From: Octopus vulgaris
Taxonomy: Eukaryota
Length of the DNA stretch: 64,000 nucleotides
Assembly (NCBI GenBank): GCA_951406725.2
Contig: OX597818.1
Coordinates: 95,046,001 to 95,110,000 of the forward strand
Direction of reading: 5' to 3'
The notes beneath the pieces were generated by a model. The model searched no databases. It saw only the letters and a list, made by a program, of their open reading frames with translations, and was not told the DNA's origin. Shown here piece after piece: positions 1 through 13,652 of the stretch. Numbering within the stretch: position 1 is the stretch's first letter; each line of letters begins with the position of its first letter. The position numbers and the translations under genes were made by a program.

Positions 1-299
1 GACATTCCATTTTAATGATCTGAAAATACACAAAAATCAATAAAATCAAAACACTATCTTGTAGAGCAAAAAAAATTCTCTTTTAAACAACATAAAACAC
101 TTTGCGAGTGTGTTTTATTTCTGTGTGCATTTTTAAATTTGAAAAAAATGCTCATAAATTATTCCTCAACCCAATACCATAATAGAAGACATTTGTCTAA
201 GATGCAGTGAGACTGAACCCAACAGTGGTTGGGTGGTAAAATTCTTACCACAAGCCATGCTTCTATATATATATGTGTGTGTGTGTGTTAAAGCAAAAG

Positions 300-530
300 A
301 GGTGCCCCTTTTAAGGCAAAGGTGAATAATCACTGATCTTGTTTTAAAATCCAAGAGAGATGCTGTGTTAGTATGTTAGCTAAGCAGCCTGGACCATATC
401 TGAATGGAAGTAGGTGTTGCAAGCTTTTCATTATAGAAAAGATTCACACGATCCAAGTGCTTTCCTAAACTCAGAAAGTGAAATATTTGGATGCTGCCCA
501 CATAAGCAGAAATTTATTTTGGTATCATTG
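300..530 (+). mobile_element. Penelope-like element remnant (C-terminus of GIY-YIG ORF)
   Basis: Degenerate translation MLAKQPGPYLNGSRCCKLFIIEK...LNSESEIFGCCPHKQKFIL resembles the PY.NG...C.LC..EK...LN.RSE....C.H..KF end of Penelope ORFs. Confidence 0.55.
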
Positions 531-770
531 TTGTCTCCATTTTTAGACTAGAGCATGACATACACACTACTATACATACACTACTGACATGATTGAACGA
601 CAGCTAATCTCAATCTATGAGAAGTAACTCCTTTTTACATCTCAGAAAACATTCTTTTTCATAATGTTTTGTAATCACTTATATGCTATAATTCACATTT
701 TGACCACCAGTTATATATCATAATGAGTAATATACTGCTCAATGATATATCTATGTTTCATGGGTTGGAT

Positions 771-825
<55 letters not shown>

Positions 826-869
826 ATATATATATATACATATATATATATATCTTTTCATCACACTCC

Positions 870-1227
870 ATTGGTTATGACAATGAGGGTTCCAGTTGAT
901 CCGATCAATGGAACAACCTGCTCTTTAAATTAACGTGCAAGTGACTGAGCACTCCACAGATACGTGTACCCTTAACATAGTTCTCGGGGAGATTCAGTGT
1001 GATACAGAGTGTGACAAGGCTGACTCTTTGAAATACAGGTACAACAGAAAGAGTGAGAGAAAGTTGTGGTGAAAGTGTACAGCAGCGTTCGCCACCACCC
1101 CCTGCCGGAGCCTCGTGGAGCTTTAGGTGTTTGTGCTCAATAAACACACAACGCCCACTCTGGGAATCAAAACTGCAATCCTACAACCGCAAGTCTGCTG
1201 CCCTAACCACTGGGCCATTGCACCTCC
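870..1227 (-). mobile_element. Chimeric tRNA-derived SINE
   Basis: 1045-1227 matches the head/body of the SINE at 61792-62107; 870-1045 matches the 3' part of the SINEs at 13945 and 48847. Confidence 0.7.
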
Positions 1228-1500
1228 ACACACACACACATGTATGCATGTGTGTGTGTATGTATATGTACATATATATGTGTGTCTGCATAGTTAAAAA
1301 TGTTACTTCCCATTCACATAATTTCAGGTTCAGTCCACTTCCTGATACCTTGGGCAAATGTCTTCTACTCTATCCTTGGGCCCAGCATGTGGATTTGGTA
1401 GATGGAAACTGAAAGAAACCTCTTATATATGTGTGTGTGTATGTATATATATATATATATGTGACAGGCTTCTTTGTTTCCATTTACAAAATATGTATGT

Positions 1501-2030
1501 CATCATCATCATTGTCATTTAATGTCTGCTTTCCATGCTGGCATGGGTTGGGCGGTTTGACTGAGGACTGGTGAGCCAGAAGGCTGCACTAAGCTCCAAT
1601 CTGATCAGGTAAAGTTTCTACAGCTGGATGCTCTTCTTAGCGCCAACCACTCCGTGAGTGTAGTGGGTGCTTTTATGTGCCACTGGCACAAGGGCCAGTC
1701 AGGCGGTACTGGCAACAACCACGCTCAAAAGTTGTTTTTACAGGCCACCTGCATGGGAGCCAGTCTGGCGGCACTGGCAACGACCATGCTCAAATGTTGT
1801 TTCTCACGTGCCAGTAAGGCGATGCTGGCCCAGCACAAGGGCCAGTCAGGTGGTACTGTCAACAACCACGCTCAAAAGGTGTTTTTTACATGCCACCTGC
1901 ACAGGAGCCAGTCCGGCAGCACTGGCAACGACCATGCTCGAATGTTGTTTTCCACGTGCAACTGGCACATGCGCCAGTGAGGCGACAGTGCCAACGATCA
2001 CACTCAAATGGTGCTTTTTACGTGCCACTA
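1501..2030 (-). mobile_element. RTE LINE 3' UTR with ~60-bp internal tandem repeats and (CAT)n tail
   Basis: Homologous to 30600-30980. Repeated unit gccagtc..gcggcactggcaacgaccatgctc...gttttt..cgtgcca. Confidence 0.7.
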
Positions 2031-2084
2031 TGCATGTGTATCTATTTCTTTGACGTGACATCACTTGGTTGTTACATACATGAA

Positions 2085-2153
2085 CATACATGAAATGTAG
2101 TTTGCTTCATACATGAAATGTAGTTTGCTACATACATGAAATGTAGTTTGCTT
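2085..2153. repeat. Short tandem repeat, 3 x ~22-24 bp
   Basis: catacatgaaatgtagtttgct repeated three times. Confidence 0.9.
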
Positions 2154-3158
2154 CCAATCTTCTGTGGAAATATGTCCATGAGAAGGAATTGCTTTGCTTG
2201 CAAACCTTTGAGGGTTGGTAATAAGTGGGTCGCCTAGCTGTACAAAATCTGCCTCAGCAAATTCTGGCTGACCTTTGCAAACATGGAAAACTTGGCGATA
2301 ATGATGACAAAGACTGGACTACAGGTAAGATGCTCTGTACTGTGTGCATACGTATTAGGAACTAGCAGTAAGTAGTGTATATTTACCAAACACACACAAA
2401 TTCACTGAGGTACCCTGTGTTGCATTGTTGTTGTTTAGGTTACAACTTTTTTTTGTGTACTTAAAATGACTTATAACAACTTTTTATGTAGTATATTTAT
2501 ATGTAATTATTTTGCATATATTTTGTGATATAAATGCATGTCTAAAACTGAATTGCTCTGGGTTTCTTTTTTATGCGAAGCTTCAGATTCTGTGCTAAAT
2601 GATAAATTTTGCAATTGAAGACAATAGTTTCCATGTTTCATAGGTTGGGAGGTATTTGTTGGGACAGATTTTTTTACAGCTGGATGCCTTTCTAATAACC
2701 AAACCTCACCTGTCTCCAAGCAAGGTAATATTTCCTTTTGACCAGACAATGTTCTCACAGGATACTGGAAATGTATGACACTGCTTATATGACAGTGTCA
2801 ATCATTTTACAGCTATCACATTAGTCAAGCCAGAAGACCCAAACATGCGTGCGATGGAATTCTTTCAATTTCTGTCTGCCAAATTGACTCATGTGTCTTT
2901 GGTCAGCCTCAAGCTATAGTAGAGGACACTTGCCCAAGGTGAACCTGGAACCATGATGTTGGAAAGCAAACTTCTTACCACACAGCCACACTGTAATCAA
3001 TATTCAACACAAAACACAAGTAATTTATGTGGCAGTATATTCTGCAAGTGCTCTAGGGTAGCCAGTATTTCTTGTTCTACAATTTAGTGATTGGTCCAGG
3101 AAATAAGCATGTGAGAAGCATGGACTCTTTAGTTCAATTCCAGCAATCCAACCCTATG

Positions 3159-3218
<60 letters not shown>

Positions 3219-3418
3219 CATCATCCGTTTAATTCCACTTTGCCATGATTGCACATGTTGGATGGAATTCATTGAGGCTGATTTCCAAGGCTGGACACCC
3301 TACCTGTTGACAACCCTCACTTGTTTCCATGGAATATTGGAAACAAGCAACAACACTTATATGCTGGTGACATTTGTTTACAGCTGTTGTACAATGTCAG
3401 GATAAGAAGACACCAACT

Positions 3419-3457
<39 letters not shown>

Positions 3458-3603
3458 CTTCTTTTAGTTTCCATCTACCAAATCCAACCACAAGCTTTGG
3501 TTAGCCTGAGGCTATAACAGAAGACACTTGCTTAAGGTACCACATAGAGACTGAAGCTGAAACTGTGGTTGGGAAGCAAACTTCTTAACCACACAGCCAT
3601 AAT

Positions 3604-3635
<32 letters not shown>

Positions 3636-3639
3636 ATGG

Positions 3640-4320
3640 ATGCCTCTTCTCACAGAGAGGCATTATGCTGGCCACCAGTTGAAAATGTACCAAGCTGTTG
3701 TACAGCTTACACTACTGTATACCTGCAAGCCTTGGACAGTTTACAAATGTCACACCAAAAAACTAAACTGCTGCCACTTGAACTGCCTGAGAGAGCTGTT
3801 GAAAATCACCTAGCAAGACAAGATCCCAGACATGGTAGTCTTCTCTTGAGCTGATCTGCCAAGTATTTACACACTGCTGAGGAGAGAACAAGTCAGGTGG
3901 GCTGGCCAGCTTATTCAAATGCATGACACATGACTCCCCAAAAGTTTTACACCAAACTGGCAGAAGGCAAGCACATGCAAGGGATACAGAAAGAATGTTT
4001 CAAGGACACACACAAATCCACACTGGAGAACTTTGAGATCAGGAAATACTAGCACTAGACTATGCTGCCTAGTGAAGCTGCACCAACAAAGGTACTAACC
4101 TTTATGAACAGAACAGGGTTGCATAGGCACAAAGAAAATGTAAACTACACAAGTCTACAGCTAACTCTTTGCCTTCAGTCCAAACAGACCACATGTGGCT
4201 GACCTGTGGCAGAGCCTTTTGAGCACACATTGGATTGATTGGCCAGAGCCAAACACACTGTACCCTGTCTTCTTTTCCTATGTGATGTCCTTGGCCATTG
4301 CTGACAATGGCAGATGAAGT
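3640..4320 (+). mobile_element. Degraded RTE-clade LINE 3' ORF end
   Basis: Broken frames give RWAGQLIQMHDT*LPK..Y..LAEGK...G.QK..FKD and a C-terminal CGRAF..HIGLI zinc-finger-like end. Confidence 0.55.
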
Positions 4321-5979
4321 AAATTGTGCAATAGTTTTATAGAAAGAGAAAGTTTGATGTAATAAATTGATATTTCTTTGTCTCTCACTTCCCCTCTTAC
4401 ACTACCACACCCTTAAAACTTTGAGTCTTTCTCTATATCTCCTTTCTTGATTTTTTTCCCCTGTTTTATTCCAAGGCAATCTCATACATGGAATTGTGTT
4501 TGTGCATGCATTTATTCTGAGCTGCATCTAGATCTCGCTACAGATTTTTGTAATGATTCATGGAAAAATGATGATATTGTTTCAAGGCAGACAAGCATTG
4601 ATGTTTATGTATATGTCGTCATCGTCATCATTATCATCATTCTCATGTTTTGTCTACCATGCTGGCTTAAGTTTTAATGCTTAACGGGATCTGATGAGTT
4701 GTGGGACTGTGTCATGCTTCAGTGTCTGCTTCAGTATGGTTTCTATGATTTGATGCCCTTCCAAACATCACCCGTTTTGCAGAGTGTACTTCTCCCTTTT
4801 TTGGTGGCAGCATCACCTGAAATTGCTATGTAAGTCACAAAAATAAAGAGCCAACTCTACTGAGTGGGAGTATAGTAGAGAGGTTAAAGTATGAAAGAAG
4901 GGAGTGGAACAAGTTTTTACTGTAGAGGAGATTTATGACTACCTCACATTTTATGTGTTTGTGTGTATATGTATGTTTGTATATATATATGTGTGTATGT
5001 ATTTATATATATGTATGTATGTATGCGTAATCAACATCACTTTACATTCACATTCCTTGTTAGAATTAGTCAAACTGGTTATAATGCTCCCAGTTCTCAT
5101 TTGGAATTACTACTGTCCTAGACATGTTGGGGGATCATGTTTTACTTATAATTTACACTTTTACCTTGGTTTCTATGGCTAGATGCCCTTCCTAACACAA
5201 ACCACTTGGCAGAGTGTATTGGCTTCAAATACATTGCCTTGTCCTCAAGGATCCTCATAATTCCATATCTTTACACAGCATCCTGTGTAGATTTATAGTG
5301 GCACCAACACTCGTCTAGTTGCCTTGTACTTCATGATATTTGAAGTTCTCATCGTTCTGTTATGTTTATTCACTGAGTGCTACATGGCTGCAGAGGTGAA
5401 TAGAAGAGAATGATTACAGAAGAGGGTGAGAGGTGTAAAAGTGTGATGGTAGAAGCAGAGTTAATGGGATGAAAGGTAGTAGGAATGGGAGAGTGAGGGA
5501 TGGTAACAAGAGGTAGGTAACTGGTAAGATGGTAATAAGGGTTGCCGATACCTATTAGTATGAGGTGTGTGAAGGAGTGCAAAGATAAATGAATAATGTA
5601 TGGGTATATCTCATGTATCCAATTACACTCTTACACATATACTTCAGTATACCCCTTAAACTTCAATATGCGTGATCGCACCTGAGTTTTAAGGGTGAGA
5701 GAGGGTAAGAGGTAAAATGAGGGCAATATGGTGCAGTTCATGTGGCATTCTGGGTTGCAGGACAGTGTGTGTGAGAGAAATATCAAGATTTTTGGAAGAA
5801 GTGTTTGGATTGAGAGAAGCACACATTGAGAGAAGAAAAGAAAGGTGTGTAGGAGGTGTTGTTGAATGAGGAGAAAGCACAGGAAGAAGACTGTCTCTCT
5901 AGATCAGACTCAGTGGTTGGGTTAATCATTCAAGTTGGTAGCGATATAATAGAGTGATTAGTGGCATGAAGGCAGGGAA

Positions 5980-6990
5980 TTACCAGTGAAATTCTTAAAC
6001 TGTCTAGCAGAATAAAGCATGGGTTAGTCATCTACATAATCATCAAAACAGACCAGTCAGCAACTGGTGTAGTGACATCATTGAGTGTTGAAGGGCAAAG
6101 GAGTGGCACTCAAGGAAACTACAGAGGTATCAAACTGTTGGACCAGGTTATGAATAAGGAAAAAGTGATTCCTCAATTGATTAGGAAGCAAATTTGCCTG
6201 AATTAGATGTTGCTTGGCGTTATGATGGGAAGAAGTACTAATAAAGACATCTTACTTGTGAGACAACAGCAAAAAAAGTACTCGGCTGGGAGTAAGTCCC
6301 TGTATCTGGCATATGTCAGTGTAGGAAAGGTGTTTAACAGGGTTCCATTCTCTTTGATGTAGTATCGCTGAGGAGACTAGGACTAGTGAATGACTTGTGA
6401 GAGCTGTACAAATGAATCAGAGTTAGCAATGAGTTTAGTGACTAATTTAACATGCAGCTAGAAGTCTTTCAGGGCTCATTTCAGTTTCTTTCTATTTGTT
6501 ATAGTCCACCAAGCTACAGTAGAGGAATTTATGACAGTTTCTCCATGGGAACTCTTAAATGCTGACCCTTCGTTTTTTTAGCAGAAATCTATAGTGGAAT
6601 TAGAGAAGAATCTCCGTGTGGAGACAAAAATCTAGAATCAAGAGGCTTTAAAGGAAAATCTAGCAAAAACTAAAGTGTTAGCAGAAGGGAGGATAGGCAC
6701 CCACTACCATCTGTAAAATGGTCATTCTCTATATGCAGAAATGGTGTAGGTAGGAATTCCATACAGTGTACTCATTGTAAACTTAGGATGTAAAAAAAGT
6801 GATGTAGGATCACAAGAAGGCTGATAAAGAAGGTATACTTCACAAATGACAGGTTTACTGGGACTATATGCATGAAGAGTTTGCAGGAAATAGATTCTGT
6901 CAAATGCTTGGAAAGCTTCCTAGTTGTTGGTAGCTTTTGTTACTGAGATGGGAAAATTAGCAGTGAGTGTGGCTGTCCTGAAAGCACAGT
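5980..6990 (+). mobile_element. Old degraded RTE LINE (RT to Cys-finger region), same family as 30600-32912
   Basis: NYRGIKLLDQVM, PLYLAYV...K.F.RVP, PWELLNAD and ICRNGVGRNSIQCTHCKL motifs with many stops and frameshifts. Confidence 0.75.
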
Positions 6991-7956
6991 AACCCTCTCA
7001 TTTATCTTAGCACTCACTACCTCTCCTATTCAGTGTACTGTGCCACCAATGTAATAAAGAATGATATTGGATCTACTTGTAATCAATTCCCCCATCACCA
7101 TTCTTATCAGTCTGTCTCCTGTCCATGTATAAAGGATTACATAAAATCTGTTATAGACACGGTATCATCACAAAATCATCACGTTTCTGTTCTGCCGGTC
7201 ACTGCTCCCTCTTTGCCCAACCTCTTATCATTGATATCCATCACCTTCTCTTATCACTGCCCACTTCTATTACTACTCATTACTTTCTCTCTCTCTCTCT
7301 CTCTTCTCCTCTCCCCCTCTCTATGTCATTTTATTTCTACTGTCATATTTGTGTTCCCTTCACCCACCAATACCGGTTCTTGTCATCACTGTGTCTTTTG
7401 CATTTATATTTCTTTGAGTAAATGAACACAGATTAGTGACGACTCTATTATTATGGGATACAGGGAACTTCTGTTATGCTGGTGTCACAATAAATAAAGA
7501 GGCTGATGGAGAAACGGGAGCAACATGGGGTTGAACAAGCCTTTTAGTGTTGCTGAGAACATGACAACCTCTCTAGTTCTGGTACTACAACAAAATGTTC
7601 TTAGTACATTCTATAAAATGGACAGTGAGAAGATTGGTGCCCTGCTATTGAAACGTAGCCTAAAATTAGTGTATTTGTGTGAGACATGGTCTTGGTGACC
7701 AATAACTCTGAATAAGAATTGACTCAGACTGACCTAACATGTGCTATTCAGTATGGAAAACAGATGTTAAGTAATGTCAATTATGGTGGTATGTGTGTAT
7801 ATGTATATATGTGGGTATATAATAAGTTTCAAAAATTAAACAGATGCATGACAAAAGAACAAATGGAAAATTCACACACAAGACACAGACACACTCTTTC
7901 TTTGTTCATGCATGTGTGTATGTATGTATGTATGTATGTATGTGTATGTATATATG

Positions 7957-8022
<66 letters not shown>

Positions 8023-8043
8023 TATATATAATGTATGTGTATA

Positions 8044-8093
<50 letters not shown>

Positions 8094-8373
8094 TTTATGT
8101 GTGTGTATGTATGCACACACACACACAGTATCATCATTGCTTTTACATCTTTTTCCATGCTGAACTGAGATGGGATAGTTACTTTGGATTTCTCAAATAA
8201 TTTAATGTTAACTTCAAGCCAACAATAACAACTAGATCTCCTCAAATCACACACTTTTGTATTAAAAGAAAAGAACGGGCACATTGAACAGTGTGATCCC
8301 TAATATACAAAAATTCTAGGTATATCATCTGCTTGATTTAGACTGAAAACCAAAACATATGCATGTGTCAAAT

Positions 8374-8596
8374 TTAGCCCCTTTTGATATGAACCTGCCT
8401 AAGATTACCCCTAGTTCTGTAATACAAAACTAGTTGTTTTAAATTGTTCTAAATTAAAATCTTCATTCCAAATATCATGTTATGGTCTAAACACCAGCTT
8501 AATAATAACAAAGTTATTTTAGTAAATTCTTCTTTATTTTTAAAATTAATTATAACATAGTATATTTCAGCAGAAATATGGTAACAAAAGGGTTAG
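8374..8596. mobile_element. piggyBac-like (TTAA-type) MITE
   Basis: Ends ttagcccctttt...aaaagggttag. Related fragments around 10040-10507 and 62545-62925. Confidence 0.5.
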
Positions 8597-9108
8597 TAAT
8601 CAAACGATGGAATTCTTAAAATATCTCTTTTCTGTATGCATGTGACTTATGTGGTAGTACTGCATCATTATTTTATATCCCATCTCATTTCTTTGTTAGA
8701 TGTCTTCAATGTATCTATCACTTCATTTAATCTCATAGCACCACACCCAAACATGACTTATACTTTGAGCCAATGACAGAGCTTCTACATCCTACTTGAT
8801 CTGCTGTAAGTCATCATCGTTATCTTCGTCGTCGTCATCATCATTTTAACGTCCACTATTTCATGCTTGCATGGATCAGATGTAATTTCTTAAGGCAGAT
8901 TTCTATGTTTCACTGCACTTCTTGTCAACAACTCCCCAAGCAAAATAATTCTTCCCCAGGTGTGTTTTTCATAGAAGATTGGGATGTAGGATACCTTGTG
9001 TGATGGTAAAGCTTATTTACAACTATTGCACAATATCAAGACAAGGAGAGGAGACACAAGCACACACTCAAAGATATTTATCTCTTTCTCCATCCATCCA
9101 TCCATCTG

Positions 9109-9154
<46 letters not shown>

Positions 9155-10187
9155 GTGGCACATTGAAAGTACACTCTGTAAAGTGGTTGGCATTAGGAAG
9201 GGAATCCAGCCATAGAAACCAAGCCAAAACATATTATGGAACCTGGTGCAGCCCCTGGTCTTGCCAGTTCTTGTTAAGTCATCCAACCCATACCAGCATG
9301 GAAAACGGGTGTTAAATGTTGATATTGATGATGATGTGCGTCTGTGTGTCATCATCACCTTAAACTCCTACTGAACCATTGGTTGCATGGGAAAGAATTT
9401 ATTAACACAAGATTCTCTGCTGCGTAAAGTCCTCCTCTTGCCAACTCTTACCTGTTTCCAAGTAAAGAAATATTTTTCCATGGCCAGACATGTTTTCAGA
9501 GTATATTGGATATGAATAAAATTCATTTCACATCAATCACATGATGTCAAAACAAGGAGACACAAACATTCACACATTCCCATTTACACACGCATACACA
9601 AATACGCACGCGCACACACACACGCACACATTTTTTTTTTTTTTTTTTTCTTGTTTCAGCTCAGAGCTGTGGCCATGCTGATGCACCGCTGTATTTATGT
9701 AAATATATTCATTCCCATCTACCAAATCCATTCACAAGGCTTTGGTCAGGCTAGGGTTATAGTAAGAGACACTCAAGGTGCCATGCTGTAGGATTGAACC
9801 CGAAACCCTGGAGTTGAGAAACCATACTTGCACCTAATTTCCCTCATATCACATCTCAGTATCTTACAAAATGACACATTGGATAATGTGATCCTAGGTT
9901 CTTGAATAAAGGGAAAAGACTAAATGGCCATGGCTGGAATATCTTTGAACATAGGTCGGATCAATCAGATCTACTTTCTAGTCTATTTTACTGGAGATTT
10001 TTAATTATCTAGTCCTTAGAACTCCCTCTGAACCTATGTGTGTCCTTAATTAAATGACTCTCAATTAAATGACTCTTAATTAAATTACTCTTTTGCTTCC
10101 ATTATATCTGCTGAAATGCATTGTTTCTGTTTCAATTAATTTTGAAAATAACAAAGAATTTAGTAAAATAAATCTTGCTATGATGTA

Positions 10188-10349
10188 CTGTATTTTAACA
10201 TGTATAAGGAATCCTTTTTTGTCAAAAATTAAGTTTAAAAAATACAGGAGTTTTTTATACATGGATAGTATTATAATCCCTTACAAAACCTTTTTTCCAA
10301 ACTTTAAGCCCCCAAAATTTGGGGGTTCCTTATACATGCTAAAATACAG
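10188..10349. mobile_element. TA-flanked MITE nested in a TTAA-type MITE
   Basis: TIRs ctgtattttaacatgtataagga / tccttatacatgctaaaatacag, with TA on both sides. Confidence 0.75.
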
Positions 10350-11550
10350 TAGATAGTATTTGGAACATAAATTAACTTGAAATTTTGATAGAAGGTTTGA
10401 TTTTTACATTGCATTATAACAGGATTTGATTTTACATTGCATTATAAGAGGAAGATTGCATAATAGAACCAGGAGTGGTCTCAGGTGGGCTGGCATTAAA
10501 AAGGTTAAATAAGTAATTCTTTGTTACCAACCCACATATTTTGACAAGCCCTTCCCAAATTCATTTATTTTTATCTTTTTTATTCATTTATTTATTGTTA
10601 TTTACTATTTTCAACTCTTCTCTTTTCCACTCCTCCTTTGTATATTTTTTCATTTTCTTAATAGTCACCCTTTATTTCTGAACTCTGACTTTTCTGATAG
10701 AATTAGAAATAACCAACCACTCCATTTCAAGTGTTATGTGATCTCTATGGCGTCAGTGAAGACAATCTATCTAGGTTGACTGATCACTGGTAGTTAGAAA
10801 TGATTGGCCCTGCGCTGAAGGTGTACTGATCCCCATAAAACAACTGTTTTAGTGTGGGTTCCACAATAAGATACCATAACATGTGGGAGCTTCTGCTAGA
10901 TAAAGCAACCAAAATTCCAATGTATCACATGCAGCTATCTTAAGGAAGGAAGAACACATTGGATAATATTATCATAGATATACAAAAAAATTGGTATGGT
11001 TCTAGTTAGAATGCTGTTGCTCATCAGTTAGTTCAATCAGGACTGACCTAGGGTTAAAGAACAGCAAGAATCATGATCCTGTTTATTATTTATCTTGAGA
11101 GATGACACTTCATTTAACACTACCAGCTTTTGCTTGACTTCCTAAGAAAACTTGACTCTGTTACAAACATGCAAACTGGTTCCTCCATTCCCTTGCTCCT
11201 CTATGAGGATGACAGCCCCTTGGTGCACACTTCAGCAGCATGGTAGCCACTGACTTTTAGCTCAAACTTAAGAGTCTATGCACCAATGTGAACAACAACC
11301 ACCAATTCTGATGCTCACTACTTATTTTTGTACTCACTTTTTAGTGTAGTATTCCTCAACCTTTTCTATTCCATGCCCAACTTTGATTTTTCCAAAACAA
11401 TCATCCCACCACAAATGGTCAAAGTTATTATGTGTGTGTTTATATATATATATATACAGGGAGAGTATATGAAAAAAAGACAAAAGACAAAGACAGGTGG
11501 TGTACAAAACAAACAGATGTATTAGTATAACGCTCAGGAATAGAAAAAGT

Positions 11551-11586
11551 CTTTTACGTTTCGAGCCTACGCTCTTCTACAGAAAG
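11551..11586 (-). ncRNA. Minimal hammerhead-ribozyme-like motif in a Penelope-type pLTR
   Basis: Minus strand: cuuu-CUGUAGA-A-GAGC-guag-GCUC-GAAA-CG-UA-aaag. Stems I and II pair; stem III is the palindrome ACGU; core carries A6U. Confidence 0.5.
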
Positions 11587-11635
11587 GGACACAGAAAAAA
11601 ACAAGGAGAGAAAAAATGTGTGTAGTGGCTAACGA

Positions 11636-11688
<53 letters not shown>

Positions 11689-11697
11689 ATTGTGCCT

Positions 11698-11850
11698 CGG
11701 GAGAGTCATATTGCCTTAATGCCTTATTATCTAACACACTCACTGGTTCGGTTTCCACGAAAATTTTGGAAGAAAATATATAATAAATAAGTGGAAATCA
11801 AACCAGTAAGTGTGTTGGATAATAAGGCATTAAGACAATATGACTTTCCC
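11698..11850. repeat. Inverted repeat / hairpin with ~60-bp arms
   Basis: gggagagtcatattgccttaatgccttattatctaacacactcactggttcggtttccac is the imperfect reverse complement of gtggaaatcaaaccagtaagtgtgttggataataaggcattaagacaatatgactttccc. Confidence 0.85.
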
Positions 11851-12332
11851 CAATTATGACATAATTTGCTTCAACACACGAATTCACATAAAGAATCTTG
11901 CAAACCAGGTACAAAAACGAAGTATATATGTGTGTGTGTGAGTGTTTTCAAAATAAGTTTTAATTAAAGCTTTATTACAAGTTTTATTCTTCATTTGTTA
12001 CTTATGTCCCATTCTGAAGTAACCAACAAGCTACCAAAATATTTCCACCTTGAGAAACCTCCACTCCTGTTTTCACCTCTTAGTCTTCAATCTTAATGTG
12101 TTTTTCTCAAAAGGGATCAGTCTTGATGTTCAGAACTATGATGCTATGTCTCTATAAGAACACCTCTGTTTTCTGATGACCATTGACCTTCCTACATCTC
12201 TAAGATGATGGCAACAGTTATAAATGGTCACCTCCTTCATTATGTCGAGACACTCTTGACCTGCAAAAAATAGCTCCCAAATTGCACTTTTACTATCTTA
12301 GGAAATCGAAAGATACAGTTGATGATGTTTCT

Positions 12333-12747
12333 TATTTCTTTATTGCCCACAAGGGGCTAAACATAGAGGGGACAAACAAGGACAGACAAAGGGATTAAGT
12401 CGATTACATCGACTCAGTGCGTAACTGGTACTTAATTTATCGACCCCGAAAGAATGAAAGGCAAAGTCGACCTCAGCGGAATTTGAACTCAGAACGTAGC
12501 GGCAGACGAAATACCTTTTTCTTTACTACCCACAAGGGGCTAAACACAGAGAGGACTAACAAGGACAGACAAACGGATTAAGTCGATTACATCGACCCCA
12601 GTGCATAACTGGTACTTATTTAATCGACCCCGAAAGGGTGAAAGGCAAAGTTGACCTCGGCGGAATTTGAACTCAGAACGTAACGGCAGACGAAATACGG
12701 CTACGCATTTCGCCCGGCGTGCTAACGTTTCTGCCAGCTCGCCGCCT
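12333..12747 (-). mobile_element. Dimeric tRNA-derived SINE (full unit plus 5'-truncated unit) with 19-bp TSD
   Basis: Two head-to-tail copies. Flanks TACAGTTGATGATGTTTCT (12314-12332) and TACAGTCGATGTTGTTTCT (12748-12766). Confidence 0.85.
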
Positions 12748-13309
12748 TACAGTCGATGTTGTTTCTGACATAGAGAGAAGACAAGATGGTCACGGCTGGA
12801 ACGCTCTTGATAATAGATCTAACCGAGGGGAGTGTATGAGGAGGGAAACATACTTAACATCAACAAGAATAAAATCGTCAGTAATAGTAAACACAACAGT
12901 AACAACATCAGTAGCAGCTGCACGACACACACCTGCCCGGTACACACCTGCCCAGTTACGGTCATCTTTTGTTTGGTCTCTCTCTCACCCCATTCTTCTC
13001 ATCTCGGCTGATAACAGGGATGTGGTGTGTTGTGGTAGTGGCGGTTAGTTACATTAGTGGTTGTGTTTTAGTAAAAGTGGTTGCTGTTGTTTAGCTTCCC
13101 TCCCAGTCTCCCCTGATTGAGCTGGCCTCAGATTAAAGGCATTCCGACCATGACCAACCTGTCATAAGTGCGGGAACGAAATTTGCATAGGGGGTGCAAA
13201 TCCAGGTCCAATATATATATATATATATTTTACAAACAAGGTCAATTTGTTTTCAATTTTAATATCAAAACAAACATAGATGTAACAGTTATAATTAACT
13301 AATTATATT

Positions 13310-13652
13310 TTATTCTTTTACTTGACTGCGGCCATGGTGGAGCACCGCCTTTAATCGAGCAAATCGACCCCAGGACTTATTCTTTGTAAGCCTAGTACTT
13401 ATTCTATCGGTCTGTTTTGCCGAACCGCTAAGTTACGGGGACGTAAACACCAGCATCGGTTGTCAAACGATGTTGGGGGTGGGGGGCGAACACAGACACA
13501 CAAACATATACACACTCACACACACACATATATATATATACGACGGGCTTCTTTCAGTTTCCGTCTACCAGATCCACTCACAAGGCTTTGGTCGGCCCGA
13601 GGCTATTGTAGAAGACACTTGCCCAAGGTGCCACACAGTGGGACTGAACCCG
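13310..13652 (-). mobile_element. Abundant SINE with internal CA/TA microsatellite (5'-truncated)
   Basis: Same family as 16500-16942 and 56012-56357; CpGs retained. Confidence 0.85.

Noticed and set aside
2160-2330. Strong donor CAG|gtaaga near 2325
   Set aside because: The upstream sequence is repeat-derived with no clear acceptor or ORF.
4476-4531. Good acceptor followed by GNLIHGIVFVHAFILSCI* as a terminal exon of an upstream gene
   Set aside because: No recognisable protein and no supportable partner exon.
10752-10790. cagt-GAAGA-caatc...ggttg-A-ctgatc-actg hammerhead-shaped relic
   Set aside because: Stems are suggestive but core nucleotides (CU and AA) are missing.
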